Assembly (NCBI GenBank): GCA_018829865.1
Contig: JAHJTR010000047.1
Span: forward strand, 1 to 27,463
Length of the DNA stretch: 27,463 bases
Direction: 5' to 3'
From: Patescibacteria group bacterium
GTDB lineage: Bacteria; Patescibacteriota; Gracilibacteria; UBA1369; JAHJTR01
Under the pieces are notes generated by a model. It searched no databases, had not been told where the DNA came from, and saw nothing but the letters and a program-made list of their open reading frames with translations. Position numbers and translations under genes: made by a program. Of this stretch, positions 25,601 through 27,463 are shown in pieces. The first letter of the stretch is position 1, and each line of letters begins with the position of its first letter.

Positions 25601-27304
25601 ATGAAAATTCTCTTAATCGGAAATCAAAATGTTGGCAAGAGCTCAATTTTTTATCGGCTCACAGGCGTACATGTTGTTATTTCCAATTATCCGGGGAGCA
25701 CGGTTGAGTATAAAGAGGGGACGGCAAAAATTGGCAACAAAGAAGCCCAAATAGTTGATGTTCCCGGCATGTATAGTTTGGAAGCAACTTCCAAAGCTGA
25801 AAATGTAGCCATAGAAATGCTTAATCTGAACCATAGCGACCTCATTATCAATGTAGTCGATGCCACAAATCTGGAAAGAAATCTCAATCTCACACTTCAG
25901 CTTTTAGAAAAAAATGTACCCGTCATTGTGGCCCTGAATTTCGGGGATGAAGCCCTGCACAAAGGCATTGTGATTGATCTCAAAAAACTATCGGAAATTT
26001 TAGCTGTACCGGTTATTTCAACAGTAGCCGCCACAGGAGAGGGGATTAAAGATTTAGTAAACAATATCCCCAAGGCAAAGGCCCATAGATTGCAGTATTC
26101 TGAATCTGAGAGATGGGCGAAAGTTGGCAAAATCATCAAACAGGTACAAACCATCACCGGCAAAAAACACTCCTTCTTCGAAAAAATCCAAGACTTAAGC
26201 ATAAAACCGCTCACCGGAATTCCAATAGCTTTTTTAGTAATGCTCTCAACTTTTTCACTCGTCAGATTTATCGGTGAAAGTTTAATCGCCTATGTTTTCG
26301 AACCTTTCTTCAATTTACTGCTACCCCTATATACAAAAATTAGCGCAGCATTAAGCGATCAACATCTAATTCACGACATCATAATCGGCAAGCTGGTAAA
26401 CGGCGAAATCGATTTTGTGCAATCAATGGGACTATTAACAACCGGCCTTTTTGTGCCTTTTGCGATGGTGTTACCGTATGTATTCGCTTTCTATTTAGCC
26501 CTGGGTATTTTAGAAGACAGCGGCTACCTACCGAGATTAGCCACCCTGGTAGACAATTTAATGCACAAAATAGGCATGCACGGCCTCGCCATCGTCCCGA
26601 TGTTGCTCGGCCTGGGCTGCAACGTACCGGCCGCTATGAGCACCCGAATTTTAGAAAGCAAAAGACAACGCTTCATCGCCGGCACAGTCATGGCAATAGC
26701 CGTACCCTGCTCAGCGCAGCTCGCAATGATCTTTGGCTTAATCGGCAGCGACATAAAAGCGATGACAATATTTTTCTCAACGCTGTTTATAGTTGCAGTG
26801 GGGCTCGGCTTCATCCTCAACAAAATCATGAAAGGCAAAACCCCCGAAACATTTTTAGAAATCCCCCCATACCGCCTACCCCGCCTCAAAAACCTGGCAA
26901 AAAAAATGAGCATGAAAATTCGCGGATTCTTAACGGAAGCGGTTCCCTATGTGCTTTTAGGCGTCTTATTCGTCAACATTCTCTTCGTCACCGGCGCAGT
27001 TGAATTCATCGGTAACATCTTTGCACCGGTAATAGTCAACATTTTAGGCCTGCCAAAAGAAGCGGTCGCCTCATTAATCGTAGGATTCTTAAGGAAGGAT
27101 GTGGCAGTAGGTATGCTGCTTCCGCTCGATCTATCAATAAAGCAACTAATCGTCGCAGGCGTGGTACTAACCATGTATTTCCCCTGTATCGCCACATTTA
27201 TGGTTTTATTCAAAGAACTGGGAATAAGACTAATGTTTTTATCAATTCTGATAATGATAAGCTCAACATTAATTGTCGGCGGCATCCTAAATCTAATCCT
27301 CTAG
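25601..27304 (+). CDS. feoB: Ferrous iron transport protein B, short type (567 aa)
   Basis: G1 GNQNVGKS, G2 NYPGSTVE, G3 DVPG, VDATNLERNL, gate motifs LEDSGYL, GCNVPA and PPYRLP, and YFPCIAT. Confidence 0.95.
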   Translation: MKILLIGNQNVGKSSIFYRLTGVHVVISNYPGSTVEYKEGTAKIGNKEAQIVDVPGMYSLEATSKAENVAIEMLNLNHSDLIINVVDATNLERNLNLTLQLLEKNVPVIVALNFGDEALHKGIVIDLKKLSEILAVPVISTVAATGEGIKDLVNNIPKAKAHRLQYSESERWAKVGKIIKQVQTITGKKHSFFEKIQDLSIKPLTGIPIAFLVMLSTFSLVRFIGESLIAYVFEPFFNLLLPLYTKISAALSDQHLIHDIIIGKLVNGEIDFVQSMGLLTTGLFVPFAMVLPYVFAFYLALGILEDSGYLPRLATLVDNLMHKIGMHGLAIVPMLLGLGCNVPAAMSTRILESKRQRFIAGTVMAIAVPCSAQLAMIFGLIGSDIKAMTIFFSTLFIVAVGLGFILNKIMKGKTPETFLEIPPYRLPRLKNLAKKMSMKIRGFLTEAVPYVLLGVLFVNILFVTGAVEFIGNIFAPVIVNILGLPKEAVASLIVGFLRKDVAVGMLLPLDLSIKQLIVAGVVLTMYFPCIATFMVLFKELGIRLMFLSILIMISSTLIVGGILNLIL

Positions 27305-27334
27305 TTTTAGCCAAAGAATTCCGACTCAAATTAA

Positions 27335-27463
27335 CTAAGCGGCTTTTGATTTATTATATCTGTTATTCAAATCAGCAAGATCCTTCTGCAGCGGTTTATG
27401 ATCGGATGTAAACTGATATTTTTTATAGAATTCAGCCATCGTATATTTTGTTTCCGAGTGTCC
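27335..27463 (-). CDS. 3' end of a minus-strand gene running off the window (42 aa visible)
   Basis: Open frame from 27463: GHSETKYTMAEFYKKYQFTSDHKPLQKDLADLNNRYNKSKAA*, convergent with feoB. Confidence 0.55.
   Translation of the reverse strand, partial: GHSETKYTMAEFYKKYQFTSDHKPLQKDLADLNNRYNKSKAA

Noticed and set aside
25930-25950. Aberrant FeoB G4 motif (NFGD)
   Set aside because: It still fits NxxD, and G4 is variable among short FeoB proteins.
1-27463. Stop-codon reassignment (code 25/4, or TAA readthrough as a rule)
   Set aside because: metH ends at TGA, and reading through leads to a TAA shortly after in a non-MetH frame. TAA and TAG terminate conserved genes at the expected lengths.

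Overview
A 27.5-kb AT-rich bacterial chromosomal window, mainly amino-acid and central metabolism with orphan genes in between. It uses the standard genetic code: genes end in TAA, TAG and TGA. Start codons have A/T-rich upstream regions without clear Shine-Dalgarno motifs; together with the orphan content this is compatible with a Patescibacteria (CPR)-like host, but no taxonomic marker is present, so this is only an inference. Left to right: gdhA(-); an AT-rich islet with a small acidic ORF plus a PIN-domain gene broken by one in-frame TAA; a minus-strand operon leuA-leuC-leuD-metH(core)-metH(activation domain)-metF-leuB; a 313-aa orphan; a class I/II aminotransferase and pckA; tRNA-Ser(GCT); a small membrane protein, a nitroreductase remnant, tlyA, a 4-TM protein, an 870-aa single-pass orphan and a SAM methyltransferase; tRNA-Ser(TGA); methionine gamma-lyase, an AhpD-like protein and a zinc deaminase; feoAB; and the 3' end of a minus-strand gene. 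The most notable unannotated structures are: (1) a family of REP-like palindromes GTYGGAGCRG-n-CYGCTCC with compensatory stem changes and tandem truncated copies at two loci, plus related structured elements behind both tRNAs that share GNA-type triloops; (2) a MetH split at an A8 tract, where a -1 shift would re-fuse the two ORFs; (3) a methionine-synthesis block nested inside the leu operon. No integrase, transposase, CRISPR array or rRNA was seen.
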